NCBI GenBank assembly: GCA_900318535.1
Contig: ONKU01000019.1
Span: forward strand, 472-64,471
Origin: an uncultured Prevotellaceae bacterium
GTDB taxonomy: Bacteria > Bacteroidota > Bacteroidia > Bacteroidales > Muribaculaceae
Direction: 5' to 3'
Length of the DNA: 64,000 nt
The notes under the pieces were generated by a model. It saw nothing but the letters and a program-made list of their open reading frames with translations, was not told where the DNA came from and ran no database searches. The position numbers and the translations under genes were made by a program. This document shows positions 30,548 to 41,355 of this stretch, piece by piece. Numbering within the stretch: the stretch's first letter is position 1; each line of letters opens with the position of its first letter.

Positions 30548-30586
30548 AAACAAGCGGTGGAGCCAAATTGGCTCCACCGCTTGTTT
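30548..30586. terminator. Bidirectional terminator
   Basis: Perfect inverted repeat aaacaagcggtggagcc / ggctccaccgcttgttt. Confidence 0.9.
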
Positions 30587-30636
30587 TGTCACAGGGACAG
30601 TTCCGTATTGCGAGCGACAGCTCGTAACAGTAACAA

Positions 30637-31638
30637 TCACTTCACCACCTCGGCCAGCTTGTTGGCCAGGTCGTCTCCCGTCAGGCCGCGCGACAGGATC
30701 GTGCCGTCGGGGCCAAAGACGATGATGTGGGGAATGCCCTTGATGCCGTAGAGGTCGGTCGGCTCGGTCAGCTTGTGGGTGCCGACAATGACCGGCCAGG
30801 TGATTTTGAGCTCCTCGATGGCCTTGCGCGTGTCGTCGGGATTGTCCCACACGGCAACGCCCAGCACGTCAAACTTATCGCCATACTTGGCCTTCAAGGC
30901 CTGCAGCTTGGGAATCTCGGCGCGACAGGGCGGGCACCAGCTGGCCCAGTAGTCCACGACAACGACCTTACCCTTGCCCACGTAGTCCGAAAGCTTCTGC
31001 ACCGCGCCATCCTCGGCAACGACCTCAAAGTCGGTAAACTTCTGGCCCTCGGCCGTAACGGTGAGCTGGCGGGCAGCATTCTTGGCCTTCTCGACACGCT
31101 TCAACTGGGCATACTCGACAGGAGCATCCTTGAGCAACGCGTCAATTTCGGCTTCGCTGAAGTCTTTATACATCAAGTAGTTGCAGAAGGCCCACGGACC
31201 GATGGCATTGTCCTTGTTCTCCTGATAGAACTTCAACAGCCCCTCGGCATAGCGGGCATCACTCTCGGCCTCGGTAATCGTCGTGTCATCGGCAATCTGC
31301 TGCATTTCTTTGCTCCATGCCGCCATTTTATCGTTAAGCGGGCTGATGGCATTACCGGCGGCAATGTCGAGCTTCACCTCGCCGGGTTCAACAATGAAGC
31401 CATAAGGGCTACCTCCGGCATACAGGCGCGCAAAGAAGCCCTTGTCAGCATCACCCTCAAAGACACACATCTGGTTCTCGACAGTGGCGGTGGCAACGGT
31501 ATCGCCCGTGTCATAGTTGGTCAGGAAGGCGGTTTCGCCGTTATTGCTGTCGTCAGGGAAGGTGACAGTCACCTTGTAGCCCTTGCCGCACGATGCGAGC
31601 AGCATCAGGGCAGTAAACATAAAAACAAACTTCTTCAT
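30637..31638 (-). CDS. TlpA-like thiol-disulfide oxidoreductase lipoprotein with DUF4369-like N-terminus
   Basis: Lipobox LLASC, WASWCPPC, GIPH. Confidence 0.88.
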   Translation of the reverse strand: MKKFVFMFTALMLLASCGKGYKVTVTFPDDSNNGETAFLTNYDTGDTVATATVENQMCVFEGDADKGFFARLYAGGSPYGFIVEPGEVKLDIAAGNAISPLNDKMAAWSKEMQQIADDTTITEAESDARYAEGLLKFYQENKDNAIGPWAFCNYLMYKDFSEAEIDALLKDAPVEYAQLKRVEKAKNAARQLTVTAEGQKFTDFEVVAEDGAVQKLSDYVGKGKVVVVDYWASWCPPCRAEIPKLQALKAKYGDKFDVLGVAVWDNPDDTRKAIEELKITWPVIVGTHKLTEPTDLYGIKGIPHIIVFGPDGTILSRGLTGDDLANKLAEVVK

Positions 31639-31686
31639 ATTATTCTCGTCTTTTAGTTATTGGTTGTCAATAGGGGGTATGTCATC

Positions 31687-34600
31687 TCAATCCTTGATAG
31701 CGCGGTAGATGAGCGACTGGATGTGGCTGCGGGCGCTGATGCGGCCAAAGTTCGGGTTGTTGCGCGTGGGGCTCACACGGTTGCTCAAGAAGATGTAGAA
31801 CATGTCGTTCTTGGGATCGACCCAGAAGCAGGTGCCCGTGAAGCCCGTGTGGCCGAAGGTCTCGGGGGTTGCCTCGGCACAGGTGTTGCTCGCATCGGGG
31901 TTGCCCACGACGGGTTTGTCAAAGCCCAAGCCGCGGTGGCTGTTGGGGCTCTTCTGCGTCGTGAAGGTCTCGACAGTCGATGCCTTCAACAGGCGCACTC
32001 CGCCATAGGTGCCGCCGTTCAGCCACATCTGGAACAGTTTGGCCAGGTCGTTGGCATTACTGAAGAGTCCCGCGTTACCCTGCACGCCGCCCGAGAAGGC
32101 GGCCAGCTCGTCGTGGACGTAGCCGTGGATGTGCTGGCGGCGCAGGTAGGTATCCTTTTCGGTATAGGCAATCTCGTCGCGCGAGAACTTGCTCAGCGGG
32201 CGGTACATCGTGTGATAGGCGCCTAGCGGAGCAAAGATGTAGTTGTTGACATAGTAGTTGAGCGGCGAGTGCGTCATGCGCTGTACGGCATCGGCCAGCA
32301 GCGAGAAGTTACAGCAGCTGTACAGATATTTCTTCTTGCCCAGCTTGGCGTGGTACATGCGGTTCATGATCGAGTCATAAGTCACACGACCGCCCCACAG
32401 GCCATCGGCAATGGCGATGTTGAACTTGTCGGTCTTGACCTTCGAGAGGATGTCGGTGCGCATCTTGGCGTCCTTGTGACCCCAGGCACCGTTCATGATC
32501 TTGATGGTGTGTGTAGCGTCTTCGGCCCCGGCGATGAGGGTACCGCTATAGGTATTGGGATCCATCATCATCTTCCACATGTCGAGCGAGGCAGGCATGC
32601 CCGTCTCGTGGTAGAGCAGGTCACGGAAGGTGATGTCCTCCTTGTCGCCGTCGCGCAGGCCAGGGATGTACTCGCTCGCCTTGTCGTCGAGGCGGAACTT
32701 GCCGTCGTCAAAGGCCTTCATCACGCCGCTGATGGTGCCGGTGGCCTTAGACACCGATGCCAGACCAAAGAGCGTGTTGTCATCGACCTTGACCGTGCTG
32801 CTGTAGTCGATGGTGCCGAACGAGCCCTTGTAAACAACCTTGCCATGGCGGGCCACAATCACCTGGCAGCCGGGGAAGGCATGCTGCTGCACACCCAGGC
32901 GGCACACCGAGTCAATCTGGGCCGTCAAACGGTTGTCCAGGCCCACTTCGGCAGGAATGGAGTAGCCCAGTCGCGTGGCAGGATAATGGATGCCGTGCCC
33001 CGCGTCAAAACGGGTCTTCTTGCCATCGAACGACAGCGAAATGGGCAGGTTGCCACCCGCGGCATTGCCGCCAAAGATGGTCTGTGCCGCATAGTCCTCG
33101 GCAAGGGTATTGTTCTGGTAAGTCAGCACCACTGCCTTGACGTGCTTGTTGGTAATGACTTTGCCGTAGTTCTTGATTTCGTAGGGCTTGCAGGTGAGCG
33201 CCACAATCACGTTCTTGCACTTCTTGACCACGGTTTCCAGGGCGGCACGGTTGGCCTCGTTATCCTCGCCCACCTCGACGATGATGGTATTGAAGTGGCC
33301 GTCGTGCAGTTGCTCGGCCAGTGCGCTGGCGGTACCGGCCTTGGAGAGGTCAAAGCGTTTCACCTGGGCATAGTCGGCACAGCGGCGGGTGAACGTCGAT
33401 GCCGTACCGTTCTCGTTGCCGATGGTGGCCACAGCGATGCGGCGGCTCTGCAGGTTGTGAACGGGCAGAATGTTGTCGTTGTTCTTGATGACGGTGATGC
33501 TGCCGGCCGTGAGCTGACGCTTGAGCACAGCAGCCTGCTGCGAGTTCACGTCACTGACCAGGTTGGACGTATTCACTCGCTGGGGAGCGGTGAGGTCGAG
33601 CGCATACTTGTAGCGCAGGATCTTCTTGCAGCGTTCATCAATCATCTGCTGGGGAATGGTACCGCTGGACACGGCACGCTGCACCGCAGCAATCTCATCG
33701 CCGATGTTCTCGGGCATGAGCAGCACGTCGTTGCCGGCCAGCAGGGCATTGACACATGCCGAACCCTTCAGCATCTGGGTCGCTCCCTTCATGTTCAGCG
33801 CATCGGTAAAGATCAAGCCATTGAAGCCCATCTCGCCACGCAGGAGCGTGTTCACACAGTCAGCTGACAGGCTGGTGGGTGCCTTGCCGCCATCGATAGA
33901 GGGCACCAGCAGGTGGGCCGTGAGGATGCCACTCAGGCCGGCATCGATAAACCGGCGGAAGGGCACCAGCTCACAGGTATTGATTTCCTGTAAGGTCTTG
34001 TTGATGACCGGCAGCGTCTTGTGCGAGTCCTCGCTCGACGCGCCATGGCCGGGATAATGCTTGCCCACTGCCATCACGCCGCCGTCCTCAAGACCGCGGG
34101 CAAAGGCGATGGCATGCCTTGCCACCAGTTCAGGGCTCTCGCCGAAGGAGCGGTCGCCGATGACGGGATTCAGCGGGTTGTCGTTCACGTCAAGCACCGG
34201 GGCAAAATTCACCTGAATGCCCATGCGGCGGCATTGACGGGCCACTTCGCGACCGTACTCATAGAGCAGCATGTCGTTGTCCAGAGCCCCCAGGATGAGG
34301 TTGCGCTGGAAATTGGGCACTTCCTTGAGCCTCATGCCCAGACCCCACTCGCCGTCGATGGTGATCATCAGCGGCACTGTGGCCAGCGACTGCGCCAGGT
34401 TGGTCACGGCGGCCTGATCGGCGATGGTGCTGTTCTCATAGATGAGCCCGCCCACCATATTCTGGGTAACCAGGCGACGCACCAGCTCACGGGTCGCATC
34501 GTTGTCCGACGGCGTCACGGCAGCGATGATGAGCTGTCCGATGCGCGCCTCGGGCGACATGGAGTCAAAGACGCTGTCCACCCAGGCATTCATCGCTACC

Positions 34601-34710
34601 TGATCCACTTGGTTGAACAGGTTGGGCAGACGTGTGGCTTCACGGCCTGCGGCACTCATCGTGAGCACCACAGCCACTGCAGCCAGCAGCATACGTTTGA
34701 ATTTGGTCAT
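31687..34710 (-). CDS. GH3 beta-N-acetylglucosaminidase fused to a beta-lactamase-like serine hydrolase
   Basis: DGEWGLG, NFAPVLD, KHYPGHG, FTDALNM; C-terminal ASVSK (SxxK) and GHTGFTG. Start taken at MTKF (34710). Confidence 0.9.
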   Translation of the reverse strand: MTKFKRMLLAAVAVVLTMSAAGREATRLPNLFNQVDQVAMNAWVDSVFDSMSPEARIGQLIIAAVTPSDNDATRELVRRLVTQNMVGGLIYENSTIADQAAVTNLAQSLATVPLMITIDGEWGLGMRLKEVPNFQRNLILGALDNDMLLYEYGREVARQCRRMGIQVNFAPVLDVNDNPLNPVIGDRSFGESPELVARHAIAFARGLEDGGVMAVGKHYPGHGASSEDSHKTLPVINKTLQEINTCELVPFRRFIDAGLSGILTAHLLVPSIDGGKAPTSLSADCVNTLLRGEMGFNGLIFTDALNMKGATQMLKGSACVNALLAGNDVLLMPENIGDEIAAVQRAVSSGTIPQQMIDERCKKILRYKYALDLTAPQRVNTSNLVSDVNSQQAAVLKRQLTAGSITVIKNNDNILPVHNLQSRRIAVATIGNENGTASTFTRRCADYAQVKRFDLSKAGTASALAEQLHDGHFNTIIVEVGEDNEANRAALETVVKKCKNVIVALTCKPYEIKNYGKVITNKHVKAVVLTYQNNTLAEDYAAQTIFGGNAAGGNLPISLSFDGKKTRFDAGHGIHYPATRLGYSIPAEVGLDNRLTAQIDSVCRLGVQQHAFPGCQVIVARHGKVVYKGSFGTIDYSSTVKVDDNTLFGLASVSKATGTISGVMKAFDDGKFRLDDKASEYIPGLRDGDKEDITFRDLLYHETGMPASLDMWKMMMDPNTYSGTLIAGAEDATHTIKIMNGAWGHKDAKMRTDILSKVKTDKFNIAIADGLWGGRVTYDSIMNRMYHAKLGKKKYLYSCCNFSLLADAVQRMTHSPLNYYVNNYIFAPLGAYHTMYRPLSKFSRDEIAYTEKDTYLRRQHIHGYVHDELAAFSGGVQGNAGLFSNANDLAKLFQMWLNGGTYGGVRLLKASTVETFTTQKSPNSHRGLGFDKPVVGNPDASNTCAEATPETFGHTGFTGTCFWVDPKNDMFYIFLSNRVSPTRNNPNFGRISARSHIQSLIYRAIKD

Positions 34711-34759
34711 TTCTATCATCTGTTTAGGGTCCATAGGGCCTTTAACGCCCTAATCGTCA

Positions 34760-36277
34760 TTACTTCTGTTTAATTCTCACCTCGTCCTTGGCATCGATTT
34801 TCTTGCCGGCGGCCTCAAGTCGCTTGACATAGTCGAGCATGTGGTTGCCGTACTTCTGCGTATCGACAAACAGGCGCTTGCAGCGGGTCATGGGCGTCAT
34901 GTAGTCGCCGCCGTTGGCCAGATAGTCGATAGTGGCAACGATATAGGTCTTCTTGGGGTCGATCTTCTTGCCCTTGAGGGTGGCGCCGGTCATCTCGCCC
35001 TTGCTGTTGTAGGTGGCGCGCAGTTCCTTGCTCACGGCATCACCACCGCGGCCGCACATCAGCTTCACGCTCTCGATCAGCTCGTTGCCGGGCATCTCAA
35101 GCACCACAAAACGGTTATCAAAGGGGAACATCGAGCCGATGACGCCCTCGGTAACAGTGCCTTGAGGCATGTCGCAGCGAATTCCGCCCTTGTTCATGAT
35201 CGCGCAGTCGATGTTCTTGATGCCTGAGAGTTCCTTGAGGATTTCCATGGTGGCATCGCTCACCCAGTTCTGGATGGTGGCACTCGAGTTCCTCATGTAA
35301 CGGGCGCTGGTGCCCACGGGGTTGTTCATGATGCTGTCCACACCGTGGCGGTAGTTGTCGAGCCAAGCATTCATGGCGGTATAACGGCTGGCAGCCTCAT
35401 CCCAGCTGGCATCCACGGGAATGTGGTTATAGACGATGTCGCCGGTTTCCAGGTCCAGGTCATAGGTTGCCACCAGCTTGCCGCTCTTGCCGTTCTGGCC
35501 GATGGGAATCATCTTGCCGTCGGCATTGGCGATGCGGTCCCAACCGCCACCGGGCTTGATGGTCGTGTGGGAGTGCGAACTGATGACCATGTCGATATAA
35601 TGGCTCTGCCTGATGATGAGCGTGTCATTGGGCTCAGTGGGCTCATAACTGCTGTAGCCGATGTGGGACACCATGATGGCATAATCCACACCCTGCACCT
35701 CCTTGAGGTACTTGGCAGTGGCATCAGCCACATCAGGAGCGTTGTGGTAGCGCAGCTCCTGGCAGTTCATGTCGGCAATCAAGCCGGCGGGATTGACGTT
35801 GATGCCGAAGAACGCCACACGCTTGTCGCCCACGGCCTTGACCCAATAGGGCTGGAACAGGCCGTCGAGCGGCGTGGCGCTGAGGTCATAGTTTGTGCTG
35901 ATCTTCACCGCATCCACGTTGCGATAGTGCTCAGCCAGTTCCTCCATGCCGTTGTCAAACTCATGATTGCCCATGATAATCGCGTCATAGCCCAGCGAAT
36001 CCATCAACGCATACTCCACCTCGCCACGATATAGCGAGAAGAACAGCGTGCCTTGCACGGCATCACCGGCATGAATCAGCACCGTGTTGGGATTGTCGGC
36101 ACGCAGCTGGTCATAGATGGCCCTGCGACGTGCCACACCGCCGTTGCCGTCGGACGCAGGGTCCACCTGGCTGTGGGTGTCATTAACTGCGATAATCATC
36201 AGGTGCTCGGCACGCAGGGCGGGAACCACCATCAACGCGCACAGGCACAGGAGCATGAAGTTGCGGAATTTTGCCAT
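34760..36277 (-). CDS. 5'-nucleotidase (metallophosphoesterase plus C-terminal domain)
   Basis: NDTHSQ, AGDAVQG, GNHEFD, HSHT, NKGGIR, TIDYLANGGD. Confidence 0.88.
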   Translation of the reverse strand: MAKFRNFMLLCLCALMVVPALRAEHLMIIAVNDTHSQVDPASDGNGGVARRRAIYDQLRADNPNTVLIHAGDAVQGTLFFSLYRGEVEYALMDSLGYDAIIMGNHEFDNGMEELAEHYRNVDAVKISTNYDLSATPLDGLFQPYWVKAVGDKRVAFFGINVNPAGLIADMNCQELRYHNAPDVADATAKYLKEVQGVDYAIMVSHIGYSSYEPTEPNDTLIIRQSHYIDMVISSHSHTTIKPGGGWDRIANADGKMIPIGQNGKSGKLVATYDLDLETGDIVYNHIPVDASWDEAASRYTAMNAWLDNYRHGVDSIMNNPVGTSARYMRNSSATIQNWVSDATMEILKELSGIKNIDCAIMNKGGIRCDMPQGTVTEGVIGSMFPFDNRFVVLEMPGNELIESVKLMCGRGGDAVSKELRATYNSKGEMTGATLKGKKIDPKKTYIVATIDYLANGGDYMTPMTRCKRLFVDTQKYGNHMLDYVKRLEAAGKKIDAKDEVRIKQK

Positions 36278-36458
36278 ATTTTTCAGTAGTTATTATACCA
36301 TTATTTATTAAACGACAAAGTTACAACAATTTTTAGTTTTGCCGATGCCGAAATTGATTTTTCATAGGCGCATCAACATTTTTCAACACGAAAATAATAC
36401 AGGTACAAAAAAAGCAGTATCTTTGCCGATTGTAAATGAACCACATAGTATATATACA

Positions 36459-36833
36459 ATGGACAACAATATCAAAAAAATACTTGAGACCGACACTAAC
36501 GGGCTGTTGACCTATGAATACATTGCCAACAACATGGGCAATATCGACGAGGATATGAGCACCCTGGTGGATAACATGATCCTCAAGGACCGCACGGGTC
36601 AGTTTGTCGTGAGCACCGCCCGCTACCTCAACGCCATCGACCGCGAGAAGTACGCCACGAGTATCGACCTGCTCGTCAAGGCCGCCATCGCCAAGGACCG
36701 CGACCACGTGTATCTGGCTTACCTGGCCTCGTCGCTGTGGGGAGCTGACTACAAGGAGCGTGCCGCCGAGTTGAGCGCCAGCGACGACAACTTCCGCCGC
36801 ATCTACAAGCGTCTCTACCCCGTGGGAATCTAA
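36459..36833 (+). CDS. Hypothetical protein
   Basis: Host-like codon usage; -7 element TATCTTTG at 36418-36425 supports start 36459. Confidence 0.7.
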   Translation: MDNNIKKILETDTNGLLTYEYIANNMGNIDEDMSTLVDNMILKDRTGQFVVSTARYLNAIDREKYATSIDLLVKAAIAKDRDHVYLAYLASSLWGADYKERAAELSASDDNFRRIYKRLYPVGI

Positions 36834-36870
36834 TCTCAGGCAAATTACTGAACTCACAATAAACGTAATA

Positions 36871-37728
36871 ATGAAAAGAAATCTACTTTTATCCATCGTG
36901 ATGGTTGCGTTCACGCTCATGTCGTGCTCGGCAAGCAATGCCGAGGGATCGGCCAGCGCACCCGCTAAAGGCAAAACCGATAACAAGATGACTAAAGTCA
37001 AACTCGAGACAACGCTGGGCGACATCGTCGTCGAGCTCTACAACGAGACTCCCCAACACCGTGACAACTTCATCAAGCTGGTCAAGGAGGGTTACTACAA
37101 TGGTGTGCTCTTCCACCGCGTGATCAAGGACTTCATGATCCAGACCGGTGACGGCAACTCCAAGAACGCCGGTCCCGAGACCACACTGGGCGACGGCGAC
37201 CCCGGCTACACCATCGAGGCCGAGTTTGTCTATCCCAAGTATTTCCACAAGCGTGGCGCACTGGCGGCTGCCCGCACTCCCGATCAGATGAACCCCGAGC
37301 GCCGCAGCAGCGGCAGCCAGTTCTACATTGTCACCGGCAAGATCTTCAGTAGCGAAGTCCTCAAGCAGATGATCCAAAACAAGGCCAAAAGGGTAAAAGA
37401 GGAGACCGTCGTCCGTCTGGTGACCGAGAACAGTGCCAAGATCAAGCAGATGCAGGAGAAACAAGACAATGCCGGCATGATTGCACTGCAGAACGAAATC
37501 CTCCAGCAAGCCCAGGCTAAGGCCGATAGCTTGACCAAACTCACCGATGAACAGATGGACGCCTATACCAGCATCGGCGGCACGCCCCATCTCGACGGAG
37601 AGTACACCGTCTTTGGCGAAGTGGTATCGGGCATGGATGTCGTGGACAAGATTCAGAACACCACCACAGGACGCAATGACCGTCCCACGGTAGACATCAA
37701 GATCGTCAAGGCCACCATCTTAAAATAA
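36871..37728 (+). CDS. Cyclophilin-type peptidyl-prolyl isomerase lipoprotein
   Basis: Lipobox LMSC, FHRVIKDFMIQTGD, SGSQFYIV, HLDGEYTVFGEV. Confidence 0.92.
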   Translation: MKRNLLLSIVMVAFTLMSCSASNAEGSASAPAKGKTDNKMTKVKLETTLGDIVVELYNETPQHRDNFIKLVKEGYYNGVLFHRVIKDFMIQTGDGNSKNAGPETTLGDGDPGYTIEAEFVYPKYFHKRGALAAARTPDQMNPERRSSGSQFYIVTGKIFSSEVLKQMIQNKAKRVKEETVVRLVTENSAKIKQMQEKQDNAGMIALQNEILQQAQAKADSLTKLTDEQMDAYTSIGGTPHLDGEYTVFGEVVSGMDVVDKIQNTTTGRNDRPTVDIKIVKATILK

Positions 37729-37759
37729 GGGCCCGCAAGTCCTGACAAGAAAAAAATGA

Positions 37760-37795
37760 GTGGACTTATTAGCCGAATCCGGCTAGTAAGTCCAT
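37760..37795 (+). terminator. Terminator-like hairpin
   Basis: tggacttattagccg / cggctagtaagtcca followed by Ts. Confidence 0.7.
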
Positions 37796-37925
37796 TTTCT
37801 TGAAAAAAAGGGGGTATTTTGAAAAAAAACAGGAAAATGGCTTTGCGGGTGAGAAAAAATGCCTAAATTTGGGGTTTGTAATTTAACAACAGGGCGCATG
37901 TGTCCCTGTACTAAAAACAAGTATT

Positions 37926-39830
37926 ATGATGGAACCGCGTGAACAATCTGAATCGATGAACAATCTCGAGAAGGATCAAATCTTGAGCACTGAGGCCCAG
38001 AACGAGCCCCAGGAAGTTGTGAGTGAAGAAGTTAAAGTTGAGGAACCCGCTACCGAGGAGCCCAAGGCCGAAGAGCCTGTCGCCGAGGAAGCCGTGGCCG
38101 AAGAAACAGCCGCCCCTGAGGAGCCTGCCCCCAAACTGGAGCTAGCCGGCAAGACCAAGAGCGAGCTTGTGGAAATGATGCGCACCGTCGCCGCCCGCCC
38201 CATCGAGGAGGTGAAGGACGAGGTGCAAGCCATCAAGGCCGCGTTCTTTGCCCTGCGCCGCGAGGAGACGGCACAGGAGAAAGAGGCCTTCCTCGCCAAT
38301 GGCAACGAAGAGAGTGACTTCACCCCTAAAGAGGATGCCGATGAAAACGACCTCAAGGAGTTGCTCAACGTGCTCAAGGAACGCCGCACCGAATATAACG
38401 CCGCCCAGGAGGCCAACCGTGAAGCCAACCTGGAAAAGAAGCGCCAAATCATCGTTCTCATCAACGAGATCGCCAACGACCCCGACAATATCAACCGCCA
38501 GTTCAACCGCGTGAAGCAGCTGCAACAGGAATTCAAGGATGCCGGAGAGGTGCCCGCCACCGCCGACACCGAAATCTGGAAGGAGTTCCAGCGCGCCACC
38601 GAACGTTTCTATGACGTGCTGAAGATGAACAAGGAGCTGCGCGACTACGATTTCAAGAAGAACCTGGAATTGAAACAGCAGCTGTGTGAGGAGGCCGAGG
38701 CCCTGGACGAGGAGACCGACATCGTGGCCGCCTTCAGGAAACTGCAGGAGTTGCACAACAACTGGCGCGAAATCGGCCCCGTGGCCAAGGAACTGCGCGA
38801 GGAACTGTGGGCCCGCTTCAAGGCAGCATCGAGCGCCATCAACAAGAAGTACCAGACCTTCTTTGAGGACCGCAAGAGCAAGGAGAAGGAAAATGCCGAT
38901 GCCAAGACCGAGCTGTGCGAGAAAATCGAGCAGATCTCGACCGATAACCTCAAGACCTATGCACAATGGGACGAGGTGACCAAGCAGATCATCGCCCTGC
39001 AAGAGGACTGGAAAAAGCTGGGCTACGCCTCACGCAAAGCCAACGCCGCGCTGTTTGCCCGTTTCCGCAAGTCCTGCGATGAGTTCTTTGCCAAGAAGGC
39101 CGAGTTCTACAAGAACATGAAGGAGGAACTCAGCTCCAACCTGGCCAAGAAGATCGACCTGTGTGAGCGCGCCGAGGCCCTCATGGACTCCACCGACTGG
39201 AAGGAGGCCACCGACAAGTTCGTCGAGATGCAGAAGGAGTGGAAGACCATCGGACCGGTGGTGAAGAAATACAGCGACAACGTGTGGAAACGCTTCATTG
39301 CCGCCTGCGACCACTTCTTTGAGGAGAAGAAGAAACAGAATGTCAACGTCCATGCCGTCGAGCACGACAACCTCAAGGCCAAGAAGGAGGTCATCGCCAA
39401 CCTGAAGGCCACCATCGAGGAGGCTGCCGAAGATGCCGCCCAGACCGTGCGCGACCTGATGGACCGCTGGCAGGAAATCGGCCATGTACCCTTCAAGGAG
39501 AAAGACAAAATCTATGCCCAGTACCGTGAGCTGGTGGACAAGGCATTCGAGACGCTCAACATGCGTGGTTCGCGTCCCCGCGGCGACGGCGGCTCTCGTG
39601 GCCCGCGCCAGTCAGGCGGTGACCGCAACCTGAGCGAGCGCGACCGCCTGGTGCGCACCTATGAGCAGCGCATGAGCGAGCTGAAGACCTTTGAGAACAA
39701 CATGGGCTTCCTGACCGCCAACACCAAGAGCGGCAATTCGCTCGTCCAGGAGATGGAGCGTCGCATCGCCAAGCTCAAAGAGGAGATTGCCGAGCTCGAG
39801 CAGAAAATCAAGGAACTGGACAACGCCTAA
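37926..39830 (+). CDS. DUF349 domain-containing coiled-coil protein
   Basis: Repeated LQxxWxxIGPV...LWxRF modules and NL.KK..LCE motifs. Confidence 0.85.
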   Translation: MMEPREQSESMNNLEKDQILSTEAQNEPQEVVSEEVKVEEPATEEPKAEEPVAEEAVAEETAAPEEPAPKLELAGKTKSELVEMMRTVAARPIEEVKDEVQAIKAAFFALRREETAQEKEAFLANGNEESDFTPKEDADENDLKELLNVLKERRTEYNAAQEANREANLEKKRQIIVLINEIANDPDNINRQFNRVKQLQQEFKDAGEVPATADTEIWKEFQRATERFYDVLKMNKELRDYDFKKNLELKQQLCEEAEALDEETDIVAAFRKLQELHNNWREIGPVAKELREELWARFKAASSAINKKYQTFFEDRKSKEKENADAKTELCEKIEQISTDNLKTYAQWDEVTKQIIALQEDWKKLGYASRKANAALFARFRKSCDEFFAKKAEFYKNMKEELSSNLAKKIDLCERAEALMDSTDWKEATDKFVEMQKEWKTIGPVVKKYSDNVWKRFIAACDHFFEEKKKQNVNVHAVEHDNLKAKKEVIANLKATIEEAAEDAAQTVRDLMDRWQEIGHVPFKEKDKIYAQYRELVDKAFETLNMRGSRPRGDGGSRGPRQSGGDRNLSERDRLVRTYEQRMSELKTFENNMGFLTANTKSGNSLVQEMERRIAKLKEEIAELEQKIKELDNA

Positions 39831-39877
39831 TCCACCATACCGTGGACATGGTCCTGTCACCGACACATCCATAACCG

Positions 39878-39912
39878 ACGACAGGGGAGTGCAACAACCG
39901 CTCCCCCGTCGT
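39878..39912 (+). terminator. Intrinsic terminator
   Basis: acgacaggggag / ctcccccgtcgt followed by ttgtt. Confidence 0.65.
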
Positions 39913-39957
39913 TTGTTGACTTAATCATAACCATTAACGAGAACCATCACACCCTGA

Positions 39958-41355
39958 ATGAAGAGCAAAGGCAGATACGGCCAATTTGTCAAGTGGATAT
40001 TCAGCATCATCGACTTGCTGATTGTCAACTTGGTGTTCTTCGCGTCCATGTACTGGCAGCACGACAGCCTGCCCGCCGACTCTGAGCTGTACTCGAGACC
40101 CGTGTGGCTCGTGCTCAACATGGCGATGCTCGTCGGCCTGTACTTCTACAACGACGTGCATGAGCGCCGCGTCTTCTATGCCGAGAAGGTCGTTGGCCAA
40201 GCACTCAAGCTGGTGCTCACCCATGCGGGAATCTTCGTCACGCTGATTTCCTTCCTGGGACATGCCGGCGCACAGTGGCGACGGGTGTTGTGGTTCTACA
40301 TCGTCTTTTTTGTCGTTCTGGCCGCGTGGTGGGTCATCTCACGTCAGCTGGTGAAACTGTACCGCAACAGGGGCTTCAACTTCAAGCGGGTCATCGTCAT
40401 CGGCGGCGGCACAGTGGGCGTGCGTCTCATCAACGAGATGCTGGCCGACCAGGGCTACGGTTACCACATCGTGGGCTTCTTTGACGACAACCCCAAGGCA
40501 CGCTCTGCCTCGGCGGCCTATCAGGGCTCGCTCGACGACGTGGAGCAGTTTGTCAAGACACATCAGGTGGACGAGATGTTCTGCGCCGTGCCCGACATCG
40601 AGGACAACCAGAACGTGTCGCGCATGATACGCATCGCCGACAACAACGCGGTGGACTTCTACTACGTTCCCCAATTCGGGCGCACGGTGACCCGTCAGTT
40701 CGAGTTGCAGTCGGTGGGCGATGTGCCCATTCTGGCGGTTCACCCCTACCCCTTGAAGAACCCCATCAACCGCTTTGTCAAACGCGCCTTTGACCTGCTG
40801 GCATCAACGATTGCACTCATCTTGTCGCCATTGGTTGTCATTCCTGTGGCTATCGGTATCAAGCTGTCGTCGCCAGGCCCCATATTCTTTGTGCAGAAGC
40901 GCACCGGCTACCGCGGACAGGCATTCAACTGCTACAAGTTCCGCACGATGCGCGTCAACGCCGACAGTGACACGCTGCAGGCCACCAAGGGCGACCCGCG
41001 TGTGACGCGGTTCGGCAATTTCCTGCGCCGCACCAGCATTGACGAACTGCCGCAATTTTATAATGTGTGGCGCGGCGAAATGAGCATCGTTGGTCCCCGT
41101 CCCCACATGGTGGCACAGACCGAACTCTACAGTGAGCTCATCGACAAATACATGCTGCGGCACACCATCAAGCCCGGCATCACCGGATGGGCACAGGTGC
41201 GCGGCTACCGCGGACAGACCGAGGAACTGTGGCAAATGGAAAAACGCGTCGAGTATGACGTGTGGTATGCCGAGAACTGGACTTTCTTCATGGACCTGAA
41301 AATCATCTTCCGCACCGTGTGGAACGCCCTTAAGGGCGAGGATAATGCGTATTAG
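39958..41355 (+). CDS. Undecaprenyl-phosphate glucose phosphotransferase, WcaJ-like
   Basis: N-terminal TMs, Rossmann-like domain, KRAFD, YKFRTM, DELPQF, GPRPH, KPGITGWAQV. Confidence 0.9.
   Translation: MKSKGRYGQFVKWIFSIIDLLIVNLVFFASMYWQHDSLPADSELYSRPVWLVLNMAMLVGLYFYNDVHERRVFYAEKVVGQALKLVLTHAGIFVTLISFLGHAGAQWRRVLWFYIVFFVVLAAWWVISRQLVKLYRNRGFNFKRVIVIGGGTVGVRLINEMLADQGYGYHIVGFFDDNPKARSASAAYQGSLDDVEQFVKTHQVDEMFCAVPDIEDNQNVSRMIRIADNNAVDFYYVPQFGRTVTRQFELQSVGDVPILAVHPYPLKNPINRFVKRAFDLLASTIALILSPLVVIPVAIGIKLSSPGPIFFVQKRTGYRGQAFNCYKFRTMRVNADSDTLQATKGDPRVTRFGNFLRRTSIDELPQFYNVWRGEMSIVGPRPHMVAQTELYSELIDKYMLRHTIKPGITGWAQVRGYRGQTEELWQMEKRVEYDVWYAENWTFFMDLKIIFRTVWNALKGEDNAY

Noticed and set aside
30587-30636. 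gggacagttcc and the similar ggacatggtcctgtc at about 39844 as repeat remnants
   Set aside because: Too short and degenerate to support by eye.
31687-32900. Beta-lactamase-like domain as a resistance gene
   Set aside because: It is the C-terminal serine-hydrolase domain of a common Bacteroidota GH3 fusion, more plausibly used in peptidoglycan turnover.
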